Positions 30,894 to 38,823 of a stretch of 46,095 nucleotides of DNA are shown piece after piece. The notes under the pieces were generated by a model. The model saw only the letters and a list, made by a program, of their open reading frames with translations, searched no databases and was not told where the DNA came from. Source of the DNA: a virus (taxonomy: Duplodnaviria; Heunggongvirae; Uroviricota; Caudoviricetes). The DNA lies in the IMG/VR virus record IMGVR_UViG_2565956709_000007, one strand, 5' to 3'. Position 1 is the stretch's first letter. Every line of letters starts with the position of its first letter. Position numbers and translations under genes: made by a program.

Positions 30894-31367
30894 ACAGCGA
30901 ATCAGATCAAATAAAACGCACATTTGTTAACATTTACACAAAGTCTGCGTGGGATATTCTGAAAGAATATCCATAATGTGGAGAGAATCTATTGAAGTGC
31001 ATGGTGCCGGGTGCCTCCCGGTGAATTCAGTACCAGCACCTGAATCCGCGATTATCCCATATACCTACTCGCTGATTGCCCCTCCGCACAGGGGGATTCA
31101 CCATGCCAGTTTCTTTTAACAAACTCCCCGCAAACCAGAGAACAGTCAACCGCCTGAATTGTGAAGTATTTAAAAATTTCTCCCGCTAACTGATACCCGG
31201 CTAACAGTCTGGCGTTTTCTTTTTCAGCAACGGGAAAGCAACAACCACCACACCCGCCACCAGCACACCGTCAGCCAGCACTGACATTATCCGGCTGCTG
31301 CAATGCCATTCACAAAAACAGTAAGCAATCACTTTTTACCGTAACAGGTGATAATCCAGATATGTAT

Positions 31368-31721
31368 CTACCCCAGATGAGTAATCCGAAGTTCATCCAT
31401 ACCACAGGTCCTGGCTATTCTGTTGTACTCCTGAACAAGAGCAAATAATTCTGAATTAGCAACCATGAACTCATCGCAAACCCTCTGTATAGCATCACTA
31501 TTCAGAATAATAACGTCTCTTCCCGAAAGACGATCAGGAGTACAAAACAAAACTGTCAAACGGCTGAAGGCCTTTGCTCGTGCTGCATTGACTATATCAA
31601 TACGCTGCCTAAGGATGAAACACCCCGACGCCTCATCAATATTCACTCTACCCACACCATATGAATGATAAATATTTAATGCTGAAAAAACCATTAGACG
31701 GTATAACAAACACTCAATCAA
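31368..31721 (-). CDS. Hypothetical protein (117 codons, poor translation signals; may be a decayed gene)
   Basis: Long ORF in AT-rich DNA downstream of tRNA-Arg; no recognisable family; no clear RBS. Confidence 0.25.
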   Translation of the reverse strand: MIECLLYRLMVFSALNIYHSYGVGRVNIDEASGCFILRQRIDIVNAARAKAFSRLTVLFCTPDRLSGRDVIILNSDAIQRVCDEFMVANSELFALVQEYNRIARTCGMDELRITHLG

Positions 31722-31831
31722 TACTTAACAGAACTTTTATTTTTGACAAACATATAATATTTTCAACAAGATCCTGAGCCAGGTATATTTCAGTATAAGG
31801 CTCTGCCGGAAGGAATCTGGAAGAATGAATA

Positions 31832-31908
31832 TGGCGCGCTGTACTGGATTCGAACCAGTGACCGATTGCTTAGAAGGCAATTGCTCTGTCCGGCTGAGCT
31901 AACAACGC
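31832..31908 (-). tRNA. tRNA-Arg (anticodon UCU)
   Basis: Cloverleaf folded by hand: acceptor GCGTTGT/ACAGCGC, D-arm GCTC..GAGC, anticodon stem ATTGC/GCAAT with loop CTTCTAA, T-arm ACTGG-TTCGAAT-CCAGT, 3' GCCA. Confidence 0.85.
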
Positions 31909-31942
31909 TGAATACCGATAATGGACCGCCATCGGGGACCCG

Positions 31943-31954
31943 CCCCCCCCCCCC
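31943..31954. repeat. Homopolymeric C12 (G12 on the minus strand) tract between the two tRNA genes
   Basis: cgcccccccccccccgcacc read directly. Confidence 0.9.
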
Positions 31955-32015
31955 GCACCAACAACCCTGTTATCGTGTCGTCTGCTCTTCCTGATAAGCT
32001 CATGGCGGTTTGTGA

Positions 32016-32091
32016 TGGTGGCCCTTGCTGGATTTGAACCAGCGACCTGGCGATTATGAGTCGCTCGCTCTCACCACTGAGCTAAAGGACC
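32016..32091 (-). tRNA. tRNA with anticodon CAU (Ile2/ileX-like; Met-type not excluded)
   Basis: GGTCCTTTAGCTCAGTGGTGAGAGCGAGCGACTCATAATCGCCAGGTCGCTGGTTCAAATCCAGCAAGGGCCACCA folds as a cloverleaf and resembles E. coli ileX. Confidence 0.8.
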
Positions 32092-32130
32092 GGGAGCAGA
32101 ATAATAACGGTCCGTAATTAATTCCGCAAT

Positions 32131-32152
32131 AAAAAACCCGCTCGGTGGCGGG
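32131..32152 (-). terminator. tR'-like terminator downstream of the late promoter
   Basis: cccgc-tcggtg-gcggg with an A6 run on the plus strand, between Q and the tRNA genes. Confidence 0.5.
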
Positions 32153-32201
32153 TTGTAGAAACTCTTCTAACGTCAGGTATAAAAAGCCCATCGTTATGAC
32201 G

Positions 32202-32229
32202 AATTTACCACAGATTCCGGAAAAATCAA
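32202..32229 (-). promoter_or_regulatory. Candidate late promoter pR' (with qut expected to overlap)
   Basis: Minus-strand TTGATT, 16-bp spacer, TAAATT immediately downstream of the Q stop. Confidence 0.3.
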
Positions 32230-32234
32230 CCTTG

Positions 32235-33056
32235 TTACCTAGTTACCTTTTTTAACTGCCGCTCAGCCCATGCTTCTTCAATATCAAACCGGGTCACCAG
32301 CGCATCATAGAATTTCTTAACTGTTTTTTCCCATGACGCGCGTGTTATCTGGTTTGTCACCTCGCATATAGCATTAAATGCCTCCGTTGATGGTAGTCTT
32401 TCATAGCCACGACCACCACAACGCTGGCAGTCTCTGATAACAGGCATACCACGTTTTACCGACTCTTCACGGTGAATGGCGACACCACGCCCACGGCAAT
32501 CCTTACAGACGGTGGAAACCTCACCCTTTCCGCCACACTCCGGACAGGCAACTTTTACCACCTCCCTGACTTTTTTCCATTCTTCCCAGTAAGACGGATA
32601 CACACCTTTCGTACACTTTGCCCATACCGGCGGCTTACCATCCGGATACTGGACCTTGTTTGTAAAAACTACGCTTTCAATAAATTTTTCCCCATAGCAA
32701 CAAGGGCACTGCTTTTTACTCGCTGCGCTGCGGGCATAATCCTCAAAAGCGTACGAAGCCATAATGCGCATCACTACCGGTTTTATTTCTGCCGGAAGTT
32801 TTCTCAACGCCGCCACACGATCGCACCGACTGAGTGCATAATCTGCCAGTAATTCTGTTGCCCGCGCCCTGTCATTCATACTGATGCCCATCTTCCCCAG
32901 GAACGCAGAAAACCCCATCTCAGCCCGATTCTGTGTCATGCCCTGCGCGGCCATCACATCAGTGATACTCAGCGCATCTTTTGACGTTGAGGCCGATGCA
33001 TCGGTCAGGCAAGGGGATTTTGGGGAGTAGTATTTCGGTAAATCTTCCAGTTTCAT
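32235..33056 (-). CDS. Putative late antiterminator Q (QuuQ-like, multiple CxxC zinc motifs)
   Basis: 273-aa product with CPCC, CPECGGKG..CKDCRGRG, CQRCGGRG motifs; position immediately upstream of pR'/tR'/tRNAs/lysis genes. Confidence 0.5.
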   Translation of the reverse strand: MKLEDLPKYYSPKSPCLTDASASTSKDALSITDVMAAQGMTQNRAEMGFSAFLGKMGISMNDRARATELLADYALSRCDRVAALRKLPAEIKPVVMRIMASYAFEDYARSAASKKQCPCCYGEKFIESVVFTNKVQYPDGKPPVWAKCTKGVYPSYWEEWKKVREVVKVACPECGGKGEVSTVCKDCRGRGVAIHREESVKRGMPVIRDCQRCGGRGYERLPSTEAFNAICEVTNQITRASWEKTVKKFYDALVTRFDIEEAWAERQLKKVTR

Positions 33057-33427
33057 TTTTTGACCTGCTCTTCATGCATTATGGGGTAAATCTTCACCCC
33101 CAGACGTCCACCAGATACTGGCTGACCACGAACGATATTGATTTCATCAAACTGCTCATCGTCCATTAACACTCCCGCATGCGTCAGCGCATCCAGCGGT
33201 GCTTTCAGGATATTGTCCAGGTCGCGACGACGCTTATCCGGTGGCTCTGCAATCACCTTTATCGCCAGCCTTCCGGACAGGCTTAATTTCAGCCGCTGCT
33301 GGCGAACAATAAGCGCCACAGCACGGCGATAACGCTTTCCCTCCTCCGAGATAAAATATGTGCTGCCACGGCGTCGCCAGTAAGTGTTCACCGTCGGCGG
33401 GTAAGGTAAAACCAAATCTATGAGCAT
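33053..33427 (-). CDS. rusA: Holliday junction resolvase RusA
   Basis: 124-aa product with conserved RRRDLDN and ...D..L..AGV..DD..V... motifs of RusA. Confidence 0.85.
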   Translation of the reverse strand: MLIDLVLPYPPTVNTYWRRRGSTYFISEEGKRYRRAVALIVRQQRLKLSLSGRLAIKVIAEPPDKRRRDLDNILKAPLDALTHAGVLMDDEQFDEINIVRGQPVSGGRLGVKIYPIMHEEQVKK

Positions 33428-33439
33428 CAGTCACCTCTT

Positions 33440-34489
33440 TTACCCAAGCACGCCAGTTGCAAAGGCGTGATCAAGAAAACGAAAAATTAAATCAACCTGA
33501 GAACCATGCTTTTCTTCGAACGCCAGCGGATCCGCATGAAGCTCGTTGTGATGCTCCCGACACAGCGGTAGCGTGAAAATATCGTGAGATTTTGTCCCCA
33601 TTCCGCCCTGACCATGACCAATCAGGTGATGGGGATCGTCGGCTGGCTTACCACAACACGCACACGGCTGTGTCTTCACCCAGCGTGTGTATTTCTCGTT
33701 AACCCAGCGGCGACGTTTAGGTCGTTTCATGAAAGATTCCGGAGACTCAGGATCAACGGCAATGCTGACCACCGTCTTTTCCTGTGGTGGGTTCTGTTGC
33801 TGGTGGGCGTGAGGCAGCGGCGCAAGATTTTTTGTGCGCTGTTTCAGTATGCTGGTGGCGGTCTGCTCTCCCGGTACGATGTCGCTTTCACGGTACATTG
33901 AGCGGATTTTTTCCGCACGCAACCCCAGCGAACGACGTAATACCGCTTCCGGTAGCGCGTCCGCCAGCTGATTGCGGACCGCCCACCAGGATAATTCAGC
34001 CAGAGATAATTCACGCTCCTGCGTACCGCTTATTGCGTGACCGATGACGTCAATCATCCATGCTGACAGGTTTTGATGAGCAAGTTGCTCGAGTGATTCG
34101 GATGTCTGGTCACGCAGCTGGTTGTCGCAGTGCCAGCACAACACCATTGCGCCGGTACCATATCGGTGAATAACGGTTTCGCTGTGATGATAATCGCCGT
34201 GTGGCCACTGGCAGGATTTAATATGGCGCAACAGCCAGTCAGACAATGCACCAGCACCACCAGCAGCACGAATTACCCGTGCGTTACTGAAAAACGGCAG
34301 CAATGTTTTGTCTTCCACCAGCGGCTGGCGAACGGCAGGAACGACCCCGGACGGCATATTACGCATGCTTTTCGGTTCCGGCTCCACCAGTACCCGGGTA
34401 TTGTGGAATACCGGCATGGATTCACGGCCCGGCTTAACGACCACCAGCCCGAGTTCCGGTACCAGAACAGGTCGAAGTAATACCCGCAC
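33440..34489 (-). CDS. DUF968-like protein with C-terminal HNH-type Cys/His motif (YdfU-like); N-terminal start uncertain
   Basis: C-terminal CACCGKPADDPHHLIGHGQGGMGTKSHDIFTLPLCREHHNELH; position next to rusA/Q as ydfU in Qin; family from memory. Confidence 0.5.
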   Translation of the reverse strand: MRVLLRPVLVPELGLVVVKPGRESMPVFHNTRVLVEPEPKSMRNMPSGVVPAVRQPLVEDKTLLPFFSNARVIRAAGGAGALSDWLLRHIKSCQWPHGDYHHSETVIHRYGTGAMVLCWHCDNQLRDQTSESLEQLAHQNLSAWMIDVIGHAISGTQERELSLAELSWWAVRNQLADALPEAVLRRSLGLRAEKIRSMYRESDIVPGEQTATSILKQRTKNLAPLPHAHQQQNPPQEKTVVSIAVDPESPESFMKRPKRRRWVNEKYTRWVKTQPCACCGKPADDPHHLIGHGQGGMGTKSHDIFTLPLCREHHNELHADPLAFEEKHGSQVDLIFRFLDHAFATGVLG

Positions 34490-34490
34490 G

Positions 34491-34769
34491 TTACCTCCAG
34501 ATGCGTTGCTGGAATGTACGGGACGGACGCGGTGGGCGTTCGGAGTAAGGCAATCTGACTGAGATTATCCAGTGACGGTAGTCGAGGCTAAGGGCTTTTT
34601 TAACCTCGTATCCGCGCCTGCGGTAACACTGAATTATCCATTCAGCCTGCTCTTCAGTGCATGGTGGATGCTGGAACCAGTCCGATTTGAATGCATGAAA
34701 ACGCCGTCCGCACCTGCTGGCAAAGACGGCAGAATCATCAGAATTGTGTAATTTGGTATCGTGCGCCAT
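34491..34769 (-). CDS. Hypothetical protein (Rem-like by position); start uncertain
   Basis: ORF directly upstream of the DUF968 gene in another frame; Cys/His-containing; weak RBS. Confidence 0.25.
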   Translation of the reverse strand: MAHDTKLHNSDDSAVFASRCGRRFHAFKSDWFQHPPCTEEQAEWIIQCYRRRGYEVKKALSLDYRHWIISVRLPYSERPPRPSRTFQQRIWR

Positions 34770-35130
34770 CGGTTGTCTCTGCTGGCGCAGCAGGTGCCAG
34801 TTGTTCAGGCTGGCGTATAAAGTATAAATAAACTGGTTCCAGTGTAAAGCCCCTACATTAATGGAATAAAAGTCAAACAACAGATTGTTGGGATAAACAC
34901 AACGCTTATTATTAAAAGCGATTAGATAAATTAAATTTTAATGTTATGCAATTTTACCAGATCACCATAACATCTCGTTTGAAACCACCGAAACAACAAC
35001 CATATCAATATTGATTATGTTAAAGTGAGTAAATATGGAAAACAACAAATCTGCACATTACGCTCCTTTTTTATCTGTGATACTTTTTGTTTTATGCTGT
35101 GTGTGGGCATTATTTTTATAAAAATATTTA

Positions 35131-35158
35131 CAGATAAAATAAACCCGCCGAAGCGGGT
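35131..35158 (-). terminator. Rho-independent terminator of the hok transcript
   Basis: acccgc-cgaa-gcgggt with AT-rich run (U-run on minus); a second perfect 9-bp hairpin ggcgaggga-tttc-tccctcgcc lies at 35201-35222. Confidence 0.5.
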
Positions 35159-35227
35159 TAAGCGCGGGTGCGTTGAGGATGCCTGACACATCAGAGGCGG
35201 CGAGGGATTTCTCCCTCGCCAAGTCTC

Positions 35228-35383
35228 TTACTCCTCAGGTTCGTAGACTGTGAAGACAGCGACCTCCATCTGGCCGGTTCGGATTCGTACCTCGCAGAGG
35301 TCTTTCCTCGTTACCAGTGCCGTCACTATGACGGTTAAACAGATGACGATCAGGGCGATTAACATCGCCTTTTGCTGCTTCAT
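35228..35383 (-). CDS. hok: Hok/Gef-family type I toxin (HokD/RelF-like)
   Basis: 51-aa product MKQQKAMLIALIVICLTVIVTALVTRKDLCEVRIRTGQMEVAVFTVYEPEE; AAGGAG upstream; an in-frame ATG 19 codons further upstream (35440). Confidence 0.8.
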   Translation of the reverse strand: MKQQKAMLIALIVICLTVIVTALVTRKDLCEVRIRTGQMEVAVFTVYEPEE

Positions 35384-35641
35384 AGCCTGCTTCTCCTTGC
35401 CTTTCGGCACGTAAGAGGCTAACCTAGATTTGCCGTTCATAGATTGAGCCTCAGATTAATGTTAAGCGTCTTGCAGGACGCGTAATGTTAACTGGGGCTT
35501 TTCTCTATCTGCCTTTGGTGTTCATGCCTGAGGCAGATAGCCTCAAGCACCCGCAGTCATTCTACTTAACTAAGATTTCCCCGCAAACCGTTTTTGTCCA
35601 GCACAATAAATATCCAACTAAACCAATGGAGTTCGCTGTAT

Positions 35642-35821
35642 TTACCGCCAGTATTCAATGCACATGACCGCCATGAACACCCCTAAAAAAAGGGCATTTA
35701 TATATCCAAATATTAATATCAAAACATCAACTTTTTCCATATACCTTGCTGTGAAGATGATGGGCATACATGATACGAACAACCAGAACGCAACAAACAA
35801 AAACTGCAATGCGTTTTTCAT
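35642..35821 (-). CDS. Hypothetical 59-aa two-TM membrane protein
   Basis: ATG 35821 with AGGAGG 4 nt upstream; hydrophobic product MKNALQFLFVAFWLFVSCMPIIF... Confidence 0.4.
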   Translation of the reverse strand: MKNALQFLFVAFWLFVSCMPIIFTARYMEKVDVLILIFGYINALFLGVFMAVMCIEYWR

Positions 35822-36252
35822 TATTCCTCCTACAATCAATGTGCAATTACATTTAAACACACCTCAATTTGGCCGGACATATAAATATCTAAACTAGAAA
35901 AAATCACTTACATAGCGTTACAAACTCTTTAGTCTAAAGGTTCATCGTAAAACACTCCCCATACTTATCAGTCCGTTCCGCGCCAGGTAGCTTATTGCCT
36001 TATCTGGCAACCTATAATCAGGTTTCCGCTTTTTCAGTTGGCTGGTCGTTTAACCGACATAGTTAACCCATTAATCTAGTTGCCGGATGTTGGTGGATTT
36101 TCGCGTTTTAGTTGTTCATAAAAGTGCACAGCTTTAACCAGTTCTTCTGATGTAACCAGGGCTGGTGAGGCAGTGAATAAGGCCTGAATTTGATAGTTCG
36201 GCCTGTCGTTACAATCCTCTTTTTTCGGTACATATTTCCAGTCAACAGACCA

Positions 36253-36363
36253 CTACTTCTCCTGAAAGTCCGTAACGCCTTTTTTCACGTAGCGATATCG
36301 CCATGCCACTGGTTTTGCTTGCTCCGCCGTTTCATACCCTTCCTGATAATTAATCTCGCTCAT
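36253..36363 (-). CDS. Hypothetical 36-aa protein (not in ORF track)
   Basis: ATG overlaps the upstream gene stop (ATGA); MSEINYQEGYETAEQAKPVAWRYRYVKKGVTDFQEK. Confidence 0.25.
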   Translation of the reverse strand: MSEINYQEGYETAEQAKPVAWRYRYVKKGVTDFQEK

Positions 36364-36536
36364 TCATCGCCCCACTCATCACAATATGCTTCGACCGGAT
36401 TTTTTCCTGCTTCATAATCATCACGCCATGCTTCAGCATCAGCAGCACTGCCACCACGTAACTCTGCATAGTCCATTAACAGTTCATGCCATTTTTCAAA
36501 ACTGACGTTGTATTTAGTTGAACCAAAATCAGCCAT
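36360..36536 (-). CDS. Hypothetical 58-aa acidic protein (not in ORF track)
   Basis: ATG overlaps the 3' end of the upstream gene; MADFGSTKYNVSFEKWHELLMDYAELRGGSAADAEAWRDDYEAGKNPVEAYCDEWGDE. Confidence 0.3.
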   Translation of the reverse strand: MADFGSTKYNVSFEKWHELLMDYAELRGGSAADAEAWRDDYEAGKNPVEAYCDEWGDE

Positions 36537-36711
36537 TTTGCTCTTCCTCTTCGTCTTTTATTTCGTGATATGAGTAATTGCAGTAGTTAAAGAAAATATC
36601 TTTTGCTTCGTCATGTATTTCATCAGGCGTCGCATCAGCATCCACTTCGAATTCATCCTCGAAATCTCCACCAGCCATTCCCGTTTCAATAATTATTTTG
36701 AACTTTCGCAT
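36529..36711 (-). CDS. Hypothetical 60-aa highly acidic protein
   Basis: Track ORF MRKFKIIIETGMAGGDFEDEFEVDADATPDEIHDEAKDIFFNYCNYSYHEIKDEEEEQNG. Confidence 0.3.
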   Translation of the reverse strand: MRKFKIIIETGMAGGDFEDEFEVDADATPDEIHDEAKDIFFNYCNYSYHEIKDEEEEQNG

Positions 36712-36804
36712 TTCACTACCGCCCTTTCGGGTGGCCTCCTGCTGTTCTGAGGGTGCAGAAATCCCTCCGGTTAAGGATTAAATTTTTAACAGTGCTAAAT
36801 TTAA

Positions 36805-37161
36805 TTATTCAGTTTTGGATTTTGTCACCCTGCGTATCCACGCTTTCCCGTTACGCTCAATCTGAATTAGCTTTTCTATATTTTTTCGCCTTTCCCGTTC
36901 CTCCTGGCGCAAGAGCCTTACATCATCTGCCAGTCTGGTTTCTCTTTTCGCCACAGAGAGCATCCAGTCAAATGGCTCCACAACTGCACCGCAGATTTTA
37001 CAGCGGACCTGACGCTCTTTTTCGTCAACCCGGACAGAAGCGTGATGGCAATATGGTCTTTCCGATGGCTCATAAAGAAAATTAACCTGATTACGAGGGT
37101 CATCCTCTTTTATCGGAAATAAAACGATATTGCTTAACTAATCCTCTGGTTTTATTTCCAT
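36805..37161 (-). pseudogene. Zinc-ribbon protein gene interrupted by an in-frame TAG after codon 7 (amber pseudogene, or downstream/non-canonical start)
   Basis: AGGAG-ATG at 37161, MEIKPED, TAG, then 110 open codons encoding ...PYCHHASVRVDEKERQVRCKICGAVVEPFDWMLSVAKRETRLADDVRLLRQEERERRKNIEKLIQ... Confidence 0.3.
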
Positions 37162-37218
37162 GCTCCTCTCCTTTGATGCGAATGCCAGCGGCAATTGAAG
37201 CCTGATAGCTAATTTCAC

Positions 37219-37641
37219 TCACAGTACCGCCTCCTGAAAATTACCCTGATAGAAAGCCAGTACACGCTGCATAGCTTCGCTCTTCCGGCACTCGCGACAG
37301 ATTATATTCAGGCGCCTGTCGTAGCGGCGTATTTCTCCGTCTGGTAATGACCAGATTAGGTCCGGATCAACCGCAGATGGTTTCTTCGGCTTTGCCCTTG
37401 AGAGCTTTTTACGGGCATTTTGCCAGTCCTTACGCGCCTGTTCAGACGGGAATAACCCGTAACCAGAGTTGTATACATCGCCACTGGCAACCAGCTCTCT
37501 GGCCAGAACGCTCATCAGATATCTTGTTGCCCCAGTTTTAGTTTCCAGTTGTCGTAACGTCTCGCGCCCACTTTGGCGTACGAGTTCAACAACCTGCCCT
37601 TTAATTTTTTCCCGCTCTTCTTGTGTAAAAACTTTTGCCAC
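37219..37641 (-). CDS. Hypothetical protein with HTH-like N-terminus and CxxC motif, downstream of the replication initiator
   Basis: 140-aa ORF; no similarity to DnaC/P-type helicase loaders recognised. Confidence 0.4.
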   Translation of the reverse strand: MAKVFTQEEREKIKGQVVELVRQSGRETLRQLETKTGATRYLMSVLARELVASGDVYNSGYGLFPSEQARKDWQNARKKLSRAKPKKPSAVDPDLIWSLPDGEIRRYDRRLNIICRECRKSEAMQRVLAFYQGNFQEAVL

Positions 37642-37681
37642 AAGCCCTCCTGAAAATTACCTCATGACCAGAAATTAACAC

Positions 37682-38752
37682 TTACCCCCTGAAGCCCGGC
37701 GGAATTTCGTTATCCGGTTCAGAAATATGATTCACACAACGCTGGTTGTTCGTGCCGCTTACCGGGAGCAACCAGGGGTTCTCAAAATTCCGGTCCGGTC
37801 CAAAAAACGTCGTCGCTCGCTGAACAAATTCCGTTCCCGTTTTCCCGGTAGCCGCCAAGTATCTTGCGTAACGCCTCACGCCATCCAGCATGGCCTCTGG
37901 TGGCACCCCCTCGCGTAATCTGGCCTTCCAGGCACTGAAAGCGGATTTCTTCGGGTTTGCTCCGGCACGCAACGGGTACTCCCGCCAGACCTGTTCGAAC
38001 ACATCCGGATAATCCACTCGTCCCACAGACTGCCCGGTGTTTTCCGGGACTACCCGATCGGCTTCCCGCTGAATGGCGGAATCGGCTTCGGGCTGCTGCA
38101 GTTGGTGTGATTGCTCCGGCCTTGCGGTCATCACCTGCTGCACAGCGCCCGAATCGGCTTTCAGCGCATACGCTGAATCGGCTTCCGGTGTCGTGCCTGC
38201 TGGCTGACCAAGATTGACGGTCTGAACATCCCCTGCCTGGTTCGTGGCGTTTTTTACGCCATGGACCATAGTGTTTTGATCTTCTTGATCTGTATCTTTA
38301 TCTGTATCTTTATCTGTCGTGACTCGTCGTGACATATGCGTGACATTTCGTGACGCGCCGTGACAATCGCCATTTTGTTCCCGCTTTCTTTCCCTCTCTC
38401 GCTGCGCCCTCTTGCGCTCTGCAGGAGATTTTGCGGTTTGCGAAATATTGCCGTTGTCCTCTTTAAGCACCTGGCGTTTTTCCCATCCAGTGATTAAATC
38501 ACCATCAAGTACCCGCCCCTGCATCGTCTGCAAAATTGAATCAATTACCTCTTCTGTCACGTCGAGCGCACTTGCCAAATCTTCTGTCGTGACCTCAATG
38601 TGACCTCGCGTGACATTTCGTGACGCGCTCACCAGGAGGTGGATATACACTGCCATCACTGTTGCAATTGGCTGCCCTGACACCCTGGCAATTGTTCGCC
38701 ACTTAGGGTCATTTGGCATGTCATGCCATAATCTGAGCCAGGCGTTAGCCAT
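37682..38752 (-). CDS. Replication initiator (O-like) containing the origin iterons
   Basis: ATG 38752 with GAGGTG upstream; two clusters of 10-11-bp spaced CGTGAC repeats inside the coding sequence. Confidence 0.6.
   Translation of the reverse strand: MANAWLRLWHDMPNDPKWRTIARVSGQPIATVMAVYIHLLVSASRNVTRGHIEVTTEDLASALDVTEEVIDSILQTMQGRVLDGDLITGWEKRQVLKEDNGNISQTAKSPAERKRAQRERERKREQNGDCHGASRNVTHMSRRVTTDKDTDKDTDQEDQNTMVHGVKNATNQAGDVQTVNLGQPAGTTPEADSAYALKADSGAVQQVMTARPEQSHQLQQPEADSAIQREADRVVPENTGQSVGRVDYPDVFEQVWREYPLRAGANPKKSAFSAWKARLREGVPPEAMLDGVRRYARYLAATGKTGTEFVQRATTFFGPDRNFENPWLLPVSGTNNQRCVNHISEPDNEIPPGFRG
38317..38364. repeat. Iteron cluster 1 (five CGTGAC repeats at 10-11 bp spacing), preceded by a tandem atctgtatcttt repeat
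   Basis: tgtcgtgactcgtcgtgacatatgcgtgacatttcgtgacgcgccgtgacaa read directly. Confidence 0.6.
38588..38624. repeat. Iteron cluster 2 (four (C)GTGAC repeats; shares the 20-mer cgtgacatttcgtgacgcgc with cluster 1)
   Basis: cgtgacctcaatgtgacctcgcgtgacatttcgtgacgcgc read directly; an inverted copy gtcacg sits about 30 bp upstream. Confidence 0.55.
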
Positions 38753-38823
38753 ACTCACCTCTTTTGATACCGAATCTTTTTACTCACAAATTGCCGGAAG
38801 CGATCCGGTATGAATATTGCGAG

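Noticed and set aside
36918-37103. 61-aa minus-strand track ORF (MTLVIRLIFF...)
   Set aside because: Its ATG directly abuts the putative SD (no spacer) and it overlaps, in another frame, a longer open frame encoding a more protein-like zinc-ribbon sequence.
38281-38630. Short direct repeats that might suggest a CRISPR array
   Set aside because: Repeat unit is about 6-7 bp at 10-11 bp spacing inside a coding region, with no conserved repeat-spacer structure or cas genes; they are replication-origin iterons.
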